From Chiloscyllium plagiosum (taxonomy: Eukaryota), in assembly GCF_004010195.1 (NCBI RefSeq), contig NC_057752.1:2645004-2709003 (forward strand): 64,000 nucleotides of DNA, written 5' to 3'. Of the stretch, positions 37,776 through 49,787 are shown piece by piece (the first letter of the stretch is position 1; each line of letters begins with the position of its first letter). Below the pieces are notes generated by a model. It searched no databases and was not told where the DNA came from. It saw only the letters and a program-made list of their open reading frames with translations. Both the position numbers and the translations under genes were made by a program.

Positions 37776-39351
37776 AAGAAGTTGAAAGTTGATGGCTTGA
37801 TGTGCCCTTCCAAAGTTGAACAAGGAGGACTTCATACTTGGTGAGAATGAGCTGCCTGCACACACCATGCTCTGTTGTGGAACTGGGAGCACATTACACA
37901 GAGAAGTGTGCCTTTTGTCACTGATTAACTGACTCCAGTTTCTGGGGTAAGTTAGTGAGGACAGTGGAATGGCAAAGGCCCTGATTCTGGTCAGAGAGTT
38001 GAAGTCGACTTTCCAGGCTGGCTGCAAGGTAGATCATTTTGCAGTTTGTCGATTTGATGTCAGTTTGAAAGTCTGTGCCAAAGTTGGATTTTTGCAAATG
38101 ATTGCCCAGTCTGCAGCAGTGCCTCGTGGCCTGCTCCTCACCCACAGGATGGTGCTTCCTGATTGTTCTTTTCTCCAAGCTCATTTTTATGCCCAGCAAA
38201 CTGTAGGGACAGCCAGGGCACAGGAGGGAGTGTAAAAACCAGGAGACACAATCTCAGAAGAAGGGGTAAGCCATTTCAGACTGAGATACTGAGATCAGGA
38301 CCAGAGGTTGTGGAGGGTCAGTCATTGAGTCCATGATCGTGACTGAGATTGATAGATTTCTACATATGAAAAACATTAAGGGATTTAGGGAGAGCGTAGG
38401 AAAATGCCACTGAAGTATAAAATCAGTCACGATCTCGTTCATTGGTAGAGCAGGCAATATGTATCTCTATAAATCAATAGTTATTAAAGTGCTTAAAGAT
38501 TGGCTCCAGTTCTACCCATTACCAACTGGCTTTCTGATGTATATGACTGCACATTGTACAACTGTCAATGAGGGGTGAGATGGGCAGAGCCAAACAAGCT
38601 TTCCTTTGCTCCACATTATACAGCAATGGTTCTGAAAGGGCTAATGCTGAAGGCTGCATTAAATTACACCCAATCTGATGAAGTCATAAGGATCATTGGG
38701 CATGTGAACCCTCAAATGTAGAAGCCCAATCATTAAGAATAAATGTAAATGGGTTGCTCTGTACCACGAGGTGGCAAATACCTGGAAGAAAGATTGACAG
38801 CTCACCTAAAGATGGCAGGTAGCAACAGACAAGTTGTCAGCCTGTGATTAGTGCAAATGTGTTTTCTTTGTGTTAACAACTGTATTAAAAAGTAATTACA
38901 GGCCCCTTCTGATGATATGTTGGGAATAGCATGGCCTCACTTGACACTGAGATACATCGACCAGAAAAAGGTAGCCTGACAAAGATCATTGTGGTTTAGG
39001 CTGGCATTGGTAGGTTGCCTGGCGACAGGACCAGGCTGGGAAATGAAGCCTGCCATAGTTGAGCAGTTGGACACCGTGTGGGATAACAGGTGAAGAATGG
39101 TCATTGAAGTGGGCTATTAGAGGGCTGCTGCCATCCATACAATCCCACAACAGTCAGTACTTTAAACGCAACCGCTCCAGGACTGAATGTTCCAAACCTA
39201 GTAGGCTGCTTAAGTGGGCAACATAAAGTTTTAGGTGGCACATCTTGCAAGACCTCCTATTGGCTAGCCAAAAATTCTTCCTGGGCAATATAAGCCTAAG
39301 ACATGCTATCCAGTCACTGGTACTTGTTTCTGCTATTAGCTAATAAAGAGT

Positions 39352-39440
39352 ACAAGCAGGAGGCTGAAAGAACATAGCAAGCCAGGCAGCATCAGGAGGT
39401 GGAGAAGTTGACGTTTCGGGTGTAACCCTTCTTCAGGGCT
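39352..39440 (-). mobile_element. Single-arm family B PLE terminus with intact hammerhead-like core (39410-39436, minus)
   Basis: Reverse strand CTGAAGA-A-GGGT-TAC-ACCC-GAAA-C-GTC; matches the 28727-28810 terminus. Confidence 0.78.
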
Positions 39441-39824
39441 AATGCAGGGCAGTTAACCACAACCTAAACACAGAAATCTAAACAGGAGAAGACCATTTGG
39501 TCCATCGAGCCTGTTCCAGAATTCAAATTAGATTGTGGCAAATCTGTACTGAACTCCATCTACTTGCTGTGCTTCTCTAACCCTTAGTAACCCTGCCCAA
39601 CAAACATTTGTCCTATTCAGTTTTGAAGCTTTCAATCAAACCTCAGGCTCCATAGTCATTAATACTCAAGAGAAGACAAGCCAAGACTATGCAATTTGTA
39701 GGGCTGTTGTGGCACAGAGCTAGAATCCCTACCTCTGGGTAAGGTGACCTCAGTTCGGGTCCCACATATTTCCAGAGGTGTGGCTGTAGAGGTTGGTCAC
39801 TATAATTATATTTTAAATTTTGAA

Positions 39825-40032
39825 TAAAAGCAAAATCTGCTGGAAATCTGGAACAAAGACAATGCTGGAGAAACTCAGCAGATCTGGCAGCATCTGTGGG
39901 GAGAGAAACAGTTATGTTTCAAGTGCAGCATGAGTCCTGAAGAAGAGTTGCATCAGACGTGCAATGTTAGTTGTTTCTCTTTCGATAGATGCTGTCAGAG
40001 CTAGTGAGTTTCTCCAGCACTTTCTTTGTGTT
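39825..40032. mobile_element. Older PLE-derived fold-back element (family C-like); second copy at ~44140-44385
   Basis: gctggagaaactcagcagatctggcagcatctg...agatgctgtcagagctagtgagtttctccagc arms; right arm resembles the 25245-25292 PLE terminus. Confidence 0.72.
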
Positions 40033-40153
40033 AAATTTGCTGATGACCCACTGCTACCAAAAAACATGCAACCTGGCCTCGTACTTTAGTCCTAGTTGAA
40101 GGCATTTGAACAAATCTGTCAACTTGTTTGAATTTGACTTTAAATTCCTCGGC

Positions 40154-41323
40154 TGAGTTGAAACATGTAGTGCTGGAAAAGCTCAGCAGGCCAGGCAGCA
40201 TCCGAGGAGCAGGAGAATCGACGTTTCGGGCATAAGCCCTTCTTCAGGAATGAGGCTGGTGTGCCAAGCGGGCTGAGATAAAAGGTAGGGGTTGGGGGGG
40301 NNNNNNNNNNNNNNNNNNNNNNNNNNNNNNNNNNNNNNNNNNNNNNNNNNNNNNNNNNNNNNNNNNNNNNNNNNNNNNNNNNNNNNNNNNNNNNNNNNNN
40401 NNNNNNNNNNNNNNNNNNNNNNNNNNNNNNNNNNNNNNNNNNNNNNNNNNNNNNNNNNNNNNNNNNNNNNNNNNNNNNNNNNNNNNNNNNNNNNNNNNNN
40501 NNNNNNNNNNNNNNNNNNNNNNNNNNNNNNNNNNNNNNNNNNNNNNNNNNNNNNNNNNNNNNNNNNNNNNNNNNNNNNNNNNNNNNNNNNNNNNNNNNNN
40601 NNNNNNNNNNNNNNNNNNNNNNNNNNNNNNNNNNNNNNNNNNNNNNNNNNNNNNNNNNNNNNNNNNNNNNNNNNNNNNNNNNNNNNNNNNNNNNNNNNNN
40701 NNNNNNNNNNNNNNNNNNNNNNNNNNNNNNNNNNNNNNNNNNNNNNNNNNNNNNNNNNNNNNNNNNNNNNNNNNNNNNNNNNNNNNNNNNNNNNNNNNNN
40801 NNNNNNNNNNNNNNNNNNNNNNNNNNNNNNNNNNNNNNNNNNNNNNNNNNNNNNNNNNNNNNNNNNNNNNNNNNNNNNNNNNNNNNNNNNNNNNNNNNNN
40901 NNNNNNNNNNNNNNNNNNNNNNNNNNNNNNNNNNNNNNNNNNNNNNNNNNNNNNNNNNNNNNNNNNNNNNNNNNNNNNNNNNNNNNNNNNNNNNNNNNNN
41001 NNNNNNNNNNNNNNNNNNNNNNNNNNNNNNNNNNNNNNNNNNNNNNNNNNNNNNNNNNNNNNNNNNNNNNNNNNNNNNNNNNNNNNNNNNNNNNNNNNNN
41101 NNNNNNNNNNNNNNNNNNNNGTTGTGGGAGTCGGTCGGTTTGTAGTAAATGTCTGTGTTGAGTCGGTCGCCCGAGATAGAAATGGAGAGGTCTAGGAAGG
41201 GGAGGGAGGAGTCTGAGACGGTCCAGGTAAATTTGAGGTCGGGGTGGAAGGTGTTAGTAAAGTGGATGAACTGTTCAACCTCCTCGTGGGAGCACGAGGT
41301 AGCGCCAATACAATCATCGATGT
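40154..41323 (-). mobile_element. Penelope-like element (family A), 5'-truncated, mostly in an assembly gap
   Basis: YIDDCIGATSCSHEEVEQFIHFTNTFHPDLKFTW...FLDLSI...YYKPTDSH; 3' terminus matches family A hairpin arms, with intact core at 40220-40247; flanks attcctcggc / attccttggc. Confidence 0.88.
40301..41120. other. Assembly gap
   Basis: Run of N. Confidence 1.
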
Positions 41324-42129
41324 ATTCCTTGGCCTCTGCCTTGGTATTCGGCACTGACAAGTTAACTCCTTTAGCCCAGGGTCGTTTTTGTGTTGCAAAT
41401 CCGCCAAGTTGAACATCTCCTTTCTAAGCCGCAGTGCCCAAACTGAACACAGGAAACAAATGTGGTTTTTAGTTCAGGCAAGGCCAAAAGCTTTTGTGTG
41501 CAGAATGTCAGCTAGCCTCCTTGCTGTTGTGTTCTCTGTGGTTTGTGGGTTGCCTCCTCTGACCTGACCAGTCCTTTCTATTTGTGAATGGACTGAGAAG
41601 GAACTGAAACTGGGGTGAAAAGCTGCAAAGGGTTTTCCTGTTGAGGGTTTTCTCTTGACTTGCTCTGTCAAGCATTTACACAAAAAGTAGGAAATGGTAG
41701 GCACCACAGTTTATCAGTTGGAGGGGGATCCTCAGTTATTTTCTCTGGTTTTGGGGGCATTGAAGGGGGTGGGGTGGGGCAGAATATTACCCCAACAGCA
41801 GTGATGTCAGAAAGCACTTCCTTCCACTGAAAAAGTTTGGAATTTCTCCAATTGATAATAGTTTGGGCAAGGGGTAATAACCGTTATGAAAATCAAGGTG
41901 AGCAGAGCAAGTTCACGTGCAGGTCAGCCATGATCTCATTGAATGACAGTAAGAGGTTCAAGGGGCTGAATGGCCTGCTGCTTCAGTTCTTGTGTTCCTG
42001 AATGTGAAAGCTGCTTGCCAGAAGATAAGCAAACACCTTCAGAACACAGGAGGTTGAGGAGCAGAGCAGGTTTAGAAAAGGTTTGAGATCTGTCAACGTA
42101 CTTCTGAAAGGAATTCCCACCTTCAGGTA

Positions 42130-42880
42130 GAAGGTCAAGGCCTTTGAGGTGAGGAGAAGCTTCAGAGGAGATTTCATTGAGGTGTTCCAAATCTTGAAGG
42201 ATTTCAATATAATAAAATGTTTCCATTGACAGAAGGATTGGAAATCAGGGACACATGTTGAAGGTGATTGGCCAAAGAACCAGAGGGGTGATGAGAATTT
42301 TTTTGATGTGTTGCCACAAACAGCAGTGGATTCAACCATAACTTTCAAAAGAGAATTAGTTAAATACTTGGAAAGGGAAATTTTGCAGAACCATGATAAA
42401 AGAATGGGTTAACTGGATAATACTTTGAAAGAGCCAACACAGGAATGATGGGCTCAATGGATTTTTCCTATCCTGTGTGATTGTTTGTTTCTGTGGAAAA
42501 ACTGGAAAGGAGTGACATAGAGTAGGTTGACTGATGGAGTTCATACTAAGAGGCTGTTTCCCTCTGGCAGGGGAATCTAGAACATGGGGACATAGTCTCA
42601 AGATAAAGGGTCAGCCATTTTGGACTGGGATGAGGAGAAATCTCTTCACCTAGAAGGTGGTGAATGTTTGAAATTCTTCACCTCCAAGGGTTGTGGAAGT
42701 TCCATCATTGTCTATCCCCATTCTTAACTTTATTCAGAGTTTTGGTCCTTCAGGGAATTGTGGGATGTGGGGAGCAGGTTGGAAAGTGGCATTTAGATCC
42801 AAGATCAGCAACAATCAGATTGAATGGCAGAGCAGGCTTGCAAGTCGTGTGGCCTCCTTCTGCTCTAATTGTGTTTTTGT
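42130..42880 (+). mobile_element. Two tandem degraded CR1 3' fragments
   Basis: Homology to CR1 3' ends (gaggctgtttccctctggcaggggaatctagaac; gattgaatggcagagcagg). Confidence 0.65.
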
Positions 42881-42944
42881 GAACATGGAGAGGAGGAGAA
42901 ACAGACAGAAAGCAATGAAAGACAGAATTAAGGTCTGAATTTGT

Positions 42945-43160
42945 TGAATTTAATGCAGAAGGTCAAGGACTGCCCTGGAGAATAATGAGGGTCTGCTCCT
43001 AAAGCTTATTTGGAACATTGCAAAAACAGCTAAAGGCTGAAAGCTTTGAGCGGGTATGGGAGAAGATTTGGAAGTGGTGAGCCAGAGGGCAAAATCAGGG
43101 TTATGTTTGAGGGTGTAACAGAAATGTTCGGCGAAGTGATTACCCAATTTTCACCACAGA
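42945..43160 (-). mobile_element. Highly degraded PLE GIY-YIG remnant (similar remnant ~54740-55020)
   Basis: GNHFAEHF resembles the GDHFAEHL of the other PLEs here. Confidence 0.5.
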
Positions 43161-44751
43161 TGAGCAGTGCATATAGGACACTAGGTCAGAGGAATAGCAT
43201 AGATATTGCTGTCTCAGGCAAAAGGACTATTTTAGGGAGAGAAAAATGCTGATTGGATGAGGTAGGGAGGAGGCTTGTTTGCCGCCTCAGCCACTAGACC
43301 TAAATGGCTGTTTACTGTGCCAAGCAATTCTGTCCAAAAATCCCTTATAGCAAGTAGTTCAAAAAGAACCCTGACTGCCTCTCTATCTCACTCATAGAAT
43401 CAATAATAAATAGGGAGCACACTGAAAAGGCATTAGCTTATATTTATATGGTGCTGTTATCATAAATTGAAGCATCCTTCACAGAGAGAAAACAGAGCAA
43501 GATGGACTCCTAGCCAATGAAACAGGTGACTAAAGAGGCGTGCTTAAAGAGAGAGAAGGCAAGGATTCGGGGAGGGAAGTGCATGGAATCACATGACTGA
43601 AGGCAGAGCCGACAATGTTGGAAGGGAAATGCTTCTGAACCATAAATGAGACAAAAAGGAATTGACAACTGAAGATTGCATAACGTGATAGGTAAAAGTT
43701 AAAAACTAAGAGATTTCAGTCAAGTTGAATGCTGTTCAAGAAAGGGAAAGGGTGATGGTTCTGCGTAAGTGTTTTTGTGTTGGTGTGTGTGTGTGTTAGT
43801 GTAGGTGCATTAGTGATTGTGTGTGTGTTAATGCATGTTCGTGTTTGTGTTAGTGAAAATGTGTGTATGATGTACTTGCATGCCCTCATGCATGTTGTGA
43901 TACAGCCTTGCTTGTCACAGCTGGCTCTCGCTGTTACAGCACAGAAAGACTGTAAGAATATTTGTGAGATTGACGCAAATAATTGATTTTTTTTTGTTAC
44001 CCCAGTCCCAAGTTTGATTATCACTCAAACTCCAGCATACTCCCATAATCTGGCACTTTCCAATAAAGTTGAGATTGTATCCATCAGGGAGAAGTGGCTG
44101 AGATGGTGAACTGAAGGGATCTTAGTTCAACATACAAAGCAAAATGCTGTGGAAGCTGGAAATCTGAGCTAAGACCAGAAAAAAAAACTGCCAGAGAAAC
44201 TCAGCAGGTCTGTCAGCATTTGTGGAGAAAGAAACAGAGTTAATGTTTTAGTTTGAGGACCTTACATTAACCTGTTGAAAGGTCGTTTTCACTTGGAATG
44301 TTAACAGTTTCTCTCTCCACCAATACTACCTGACCTGGTCACGATTTGTAGTGTTTCTTGTTCTTTGCCCTGTTTTGTTTTTAAACCTCTTGGATATACT
44401 CTTTATAACTCACAGTCATATTTATTCCGTGCTTGTCCCTCATAACCTCCTCCTCACTGCCTTGTTTTGGGCTGCCAAGCCTTGTGCCAGCTCTCCTCCC
44501 CACCCACCTTGCCCAGGTGGCCAATCTTCTTCAGTTATGGGTGGCACAGTCTGGCGTTTTGAGGAGAGGAAACTTGCAGGATAACCCTGCCCATGTGACT
44601 CCTGACCAATGGCGTTGATCCCATTCCCAAATGGGATGAAACCCGAGATTTTCCCTTTCTGTACAGTGCAATGCCATCTCCACAGCGTCTTATATCGTTG
44701 GCACACAGCTGTCCTTCTGATAGTGGGGAGAGGCCTGCTGTTACATATAAC

Positions 44752-45027
44752 ATAGAATCCTTACAGTGTGGAAGCAGGCCATTCAGCCCATCAAGTCCAC
44801 ATCGACCCTCCAAATAGCATCCCACCCCCTGCCCTATCCTAATAACTCTACATTTCCCATGGCCAATCCTCTTGACCTACACATCGTTGTGGGAGGAAAT
44901 ATGAGCACCTAGAGGAAACCCACGCAGATACAGGGCGAATGTGCAAATGCCACACAGTCATCCGAGGGTGGAATAGAACCCGGGTTCCTCGCACTGTGAG
45001 GCAGCAGTGCTAGCCACTTTGCTGCCC
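44752..45027 (-). mobile_element. HE1/V-SINE-like SINE
   Basis: Reverse strand agtggctagcactgctgcctcacagtgcgaggaacccgggttctattcc head; same family as 11733-12035. Confidence 0.85.
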
Positions 45028-45451
45028 CTGCATTGGCATGAGAAGCAGAATTACCAACTCTGCTTTGGTGTTCTCCTGGACCTCGAGTCACATGATCCTC
45101 CCATTGCCAACACACTGCTATTGGTCCATCTCCTGGGTGATCCTGCCTTCCAACAATCAACTAGGAAAAGGACAGACCCTTTTGCCGTGATATGTACTGA
45201 ATGAGATTGGCCTCTGTTGGAAGTTGAGATTGTGGAGTTTCTGACAAATTTACTGGCAGGGCCTTGTTTGAGGGATTTTTTGTTTGATGCAAAGAGGGGC
45301 TGCCCACCAAGTGGGATAGTCTGTGACACCAGGGAGCCCTTGGGAGCAGTCCCCAGGATGAGAAAAGCCAGCAGAATGGCTAAAGACAGAAAGCAGGATG
45401 GGGCTGTAGTCATGGGAGAAGCCCATCGTGGAGAGGTTTGCTTGAGGGCTG

Positions 45452-45565
45452 TGGTGGGGCAGGAAGAGCACAGCCGGTCAGGCAGCATCCAAGGAGCAGG
45501 AGAATCGACGTTTTGAGCATAAGCTCTCCATCAGGAATGAGGCCTCATTTCAGCACTACGCTCTT
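45452..45565 (-). mobile_element. Partial family A PLE terminus
   Basis: ggtcaggcagcatccaaggagcaggagaatcgacg...catcaggaatgagg. Confidence 0.72.
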
Positions 45566-47019
45566 TGATGTGTGGGACCGTGTCTTTACTGCCACAGATG
45601 GCACTGACAGTGGGCTAAAACTGAAGGCCAGTGTTGAGCTGGTGTCTGTAGTTTGAAGGTTTGATGCCATGCCAGTGCCAAGTTGCCCAGTGCCGACAGG
45701 GGTGCAGTAAGGGCTCTGCAATGGGCACTCATGTATCTACTGCTGGGGGGTAGAGCAGGGAATGGAGCTGATGATTAGAGAGGAGTGTGAGAGATTAACA
45801 GAGGACCAGCCAAAGATTTTGACCACATTTGACCCTCTTAGTAACCCCCATCTGCACACCGTCTACTGGAGAGTCTTGAGATGCTGAAGTCAGGTGAGGA
45901 CTGGCTCAGGCACAGCTGTGATGCCCCTGCAGCTGAACATCTGGCCCGTGTTCAGTACCTTTGTCCCATATATGCAGAGTGATGCTGGGAGTGACTCATC
46001 GGCTTGTGTGAGGAAGGGGAAGTGTTAGTGTCGGTGGGGGTCACCTGCTTAACAAAGATAGGCTGCACTGGCATTGCACCCATGACATCCCAAAATGCTT
46101 CCCAACCAATGAAGTGCTTTCTGAGTGTGGGGAAAGAGTTGGGACCTTGTGCAGGAGGGAAAATTGTAACCTGTGTCAGTAGCTATAATGAGCTTCCACC
46201 CTCTGGAGAATGAGCTCCAAGAGAAATACAGCACACTGCAAGTACAGTCAGTTGCAAGATGTGACTGTTAGAATCTGTCATGTGAGTGGGCACAAGTTCC
46301 ACTTACTGCGTTCACAGCCTGGTTTGACAGCATTCCTGATCGACAGCACATTTTTTTTTGAACTAGCCTTTGGAAGAGGGAAATGACTCGCATTTCTGTG
46401 TCGCCTCTCATATCCTCAGGGCGTGACATAGTGTACCTCCCAGTCACTAAATTATATACGGAAATGATTTCCATCATCACTGTGTCAGCACCTGCAGCAA
46501 ACACAGCTAAGCCATGCCAATGGGAATTAGTGACTGGGTGAATCACGCAATAGTTAGAGCACAGATATAGGCCACTCAGCCCATTAAGTTCATACTGGTG
46601 TTTCTGCTCCACATGAGCCTCCTCCCACAACTTAACCTTCAACTTCTTCCTCCCTCCTTGTTATCCCTTTCAACACATCTCTGTGATTCAATGCTGTGGG
46701 CATTGCCTCCAGATGCTCGCTGCTGATAATTTTTTGTGGTATCAGTTGCCCGCCTGTGAGTGCCACTAGCTAGGCTGAGTCTCCCTTCCTGTGACAGAGT
46801 GTCCAAAACTGGCGATGATAAGCCAGCCCGGACAGATCGTTCTGGGGCAGTGAGAAGGAAGAGAAGGTCAAATTGCCCATTGTGTGTATATTCAATAGGA
46901 TGCATTGAGGTGTACAAATGCTTATGACTCTGCAAAGGCTACAGGAACTTGCACACTGTGGCCTACCATAGTCATGTGACCTATAATGTAGTTGCTTATG
47001 GATTGAGGCATGCAAACAT

Positions 47020-49508
47020 AAACCACTGCATTTATTTCAATGCAAGGGGCCTAACAGGGAAGGCAGATGAACTCAGGGCATGGTTAGGAACATGGGACTG
47101 GGATATCATTGCAATTACAGAAACATGGCTCAGGGATGGGCAGGAGACTGGGACTACCATAGTGTTAAGGGTTTAGATGGAGAGGAATTTATTAAGCATG
47201 TACAAGAAAATTTTCTTATTCAGTAAGTAGATGTACCAATTAGAGAAGGTGCACACCTTGACCTACTCTTGGGAAATGAGACAGGGCAGGTGACTAAGGT
47301 GTCAGTGGAGGAACACTTTGGGGCCAGCGACCATAATTCTATTAGTTTTAAAATAGTGATGGAAAAGGATAGACCAGATCTAAAAGTTGAAGTTCTAAAT
47401 TGGAGAAAGGCCAATCTTAGGCAAGAACTTTCAAAAGCTGACTGGGCGCAGATGTTCGCAGGTAATGGGATGGCTGGAAAATGGGAAGCCTTCAGAAGTG
47501 AGATAACGAGAGTCCAGAGACAGTCTGTTCCTGTTAGGATGAAAGGAAAGGCTGGTAGGTATAGGGAATGCTGGATGACTAGAGATATTGTGATTTTGGT
47601 TAAGAAAAAGAAGGAAGCATATTGTCAGGTATCGACAGGATAGATCGAGTGAATCCTTAGAAGAGTATCAAGGCTGTAGGAGTATACTTAAGAGAGAAAT
47701 CAGGGCAAAAAGGGGACATGAGATAGCTTTGGCAAATAGAGTTAAGGAGAATCCAAAGGATTTTACAAATACATTAAGGACAAACGGGTAACTAGGGAGA
47801 GAATATGGCCCCCCCAAAGATCAGCAAGGTAGCTTTTGTGTGGAGCCGCATGAGATCAGGGAGATACTAAGCGAGTATTTTGCATCAGTATTTACTGTGG
47901 AAAGGACACGGAAGATGTAGAATGTAGGGAAATAGATGGTGACATCTTGAAAAATGTCCATATTTCAGAGGAGGAAGTGCTGGATGTCTTGAAACACATA
48001 AAAGTGGATAAATCCCCATGCTCTGATCAGGTGTCCCTGAGAACTCTGTGGGAAGCTAGGGAAGTGATTGCTGGGCCTCTTGCTGAGATATTTGTATCAT
48101 CATTAGTTACAAGTGAGGTGCCGGATGACTGGAAGTTGGCTAACGTGGTGCCAACTGTTTAAGAAAGGTGGTAAAGACAAGTCAGGGAACTATAGACCAG
48201 TGAACCTGATGTTGGTGGTGGGCAAGTTGTTGGAGGGAATCCTGAAGGACAGAATGTACGTGTATTTGGAAAGCAAGGACTGATTAGGGATAGTCAATGT
48301 GGCTTTGTGTGTGGAAAAGCATGTCTCACAAAATTGACTGAGCTTTTTGAAGAAGTAACAAAGAGGATTGATGAGGGCAGAACTTCAGTAAGGCATGGGA
48401 GACTGGTTAGCAAGGTTAGATCTCATGGAATACAGGGAGAACTAGCTAGAAGACAGAGGGTGGTGGTGGAGGGTTGTTTTTCAGACTGGAGGCCTGTGAC
48501 CACAAGGAGTGGTGTGCCACAAGGATCAGTGCTGAGTCCACTACTTTTCGTCATTTATGTAAATGATTTGGATGTGAGCATTAAAGGTATAGTTAGTAAG
48601 TTTGCAGATGACACCAAAATTGGAGGGGTAGTAGACAGCGAAAAAGGTTACCTCAGATTACAGTGGGACCTTGATCAGATGGGCAAATGGGCTGAGGAGT
48701 GGCAGATGAAGTTTAATTTAGATAAATGCGAGGTGCTGCATTTTGGGAATGCAAATCTTAGCAGGACTTATACACTAGCGAGTTCTGCTGAACAAAGAGA
48801 CCTTGGAGTGCAGGTTTATAGCTCCTTGAAAGTAGAGTTGCAGGTCGATTGGATAGTGAATAAATCATTTGGTATGCTTTCCTTTATTGGTCAGAGTATT
48901 GAGTACAGGCGTTGAGAGGTTATGTTGCGGCTGTACAGGACATTGGTTAGACCACTTTTGGAATATTGCATGCAATTCTGGTCTCCTTCCTATCAGAAGA
49001 ATGTTGTGAAACTTGAAAGGGTTCAGAAAAGACTTACAAGGCTCTTGCCAGGGTTGGAGGATTTGAGCTATAGGGAGAGGCTGAACAGGCTGGGGCTGTT
49101 TTCCCTGGACCGTTGGAGGCTGTGGGGTGACCTTATAGAGGTTTATAAAATCATGAGGGGCATGGATAGGGTAAACAGACAACGTCTTTTCCCTGGGGTG
49201 GGGGAGTCCAGAACTAGAGGGCATAGGTTTAGGATGAGAGGGGAAAGATATAAAAGAGACCTAAGGGGCAACTTTTTCACACAGAGGGTGGTACGTGTGT
49301 GGAATGAACTGTCAGAGAAAGTGGTGGAGGCTGGTACAATTGCAACATTTAAAAGGCATCTGGATGGTTTTCTGAATAGGAAGGGTTTGGAGGGATATGG
49401 GCCAGGTGCTGGCAGGTAGGACTAGATTGAGTTGGGTTATCTGGTTGGCATGGACGAGTTGGACCGAAGGGTCAGTTTCTGTGCTGTACATCTCTATGAC
49501 TTTCTGAC
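47020..49508 (+). mobile_element. CR1 (HER1-like) LINE: nearly full ORF2 (APE endonuclease plus RT) with frameshifts and internal deletions, and 3' tail
   Basis: CIYFNARGL...IAITETWL, GASDHNSI, GVPQGSVLSP, KFADDTK, LYRTLVRPLLEYC; tail catctctatgact. Confidence 0.94.
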
Positions 49509-49509
49509 T

Positions 49510-49787
49510 CTAAGTCCACACTGACTCTCCAAAGAGCATCTCACACAGACCCATCCCCCTACCCTCTGTAATCCCACATTTCGCATGGCTAATGCACCTA
49601 ACTAACACATCCCTGAGCACCATGGGCAATTTAGCATGACCAATCCACCTAACCTGCACATCTTTGGAAACTAGGGGGAAACGGGAGCACCCAGAGAAAA
49701 CCTGTGCAGACATGGGGCGAATCATCAAGGCTGGAATTGAACCCGGGTCCTGGTGCTGAGGCAGCAGTGCTAACCATTGTGTCACCA
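49510..49787 (-). mobile_element. HE1/V-SINE-like SINE, tail-to-tail with the CR1
   Basis: Reverse strand ggtgacacaatggttagcactgctgcctcag...ccgggttcaattcc. Confidence 0.82.

Noticed and set aside
40140..41360. Long ORFs of 406 and 289 aa
   Set aside because: Artefacts of reading through the N gap; only the PLE RT fragment is real.
47020..49508. Potentially active or domesticated CR1 ORF2
   Set aside because: Multiple frameshifts, stops and deletions; no intact LINE or PLE ORF is visible in the window.
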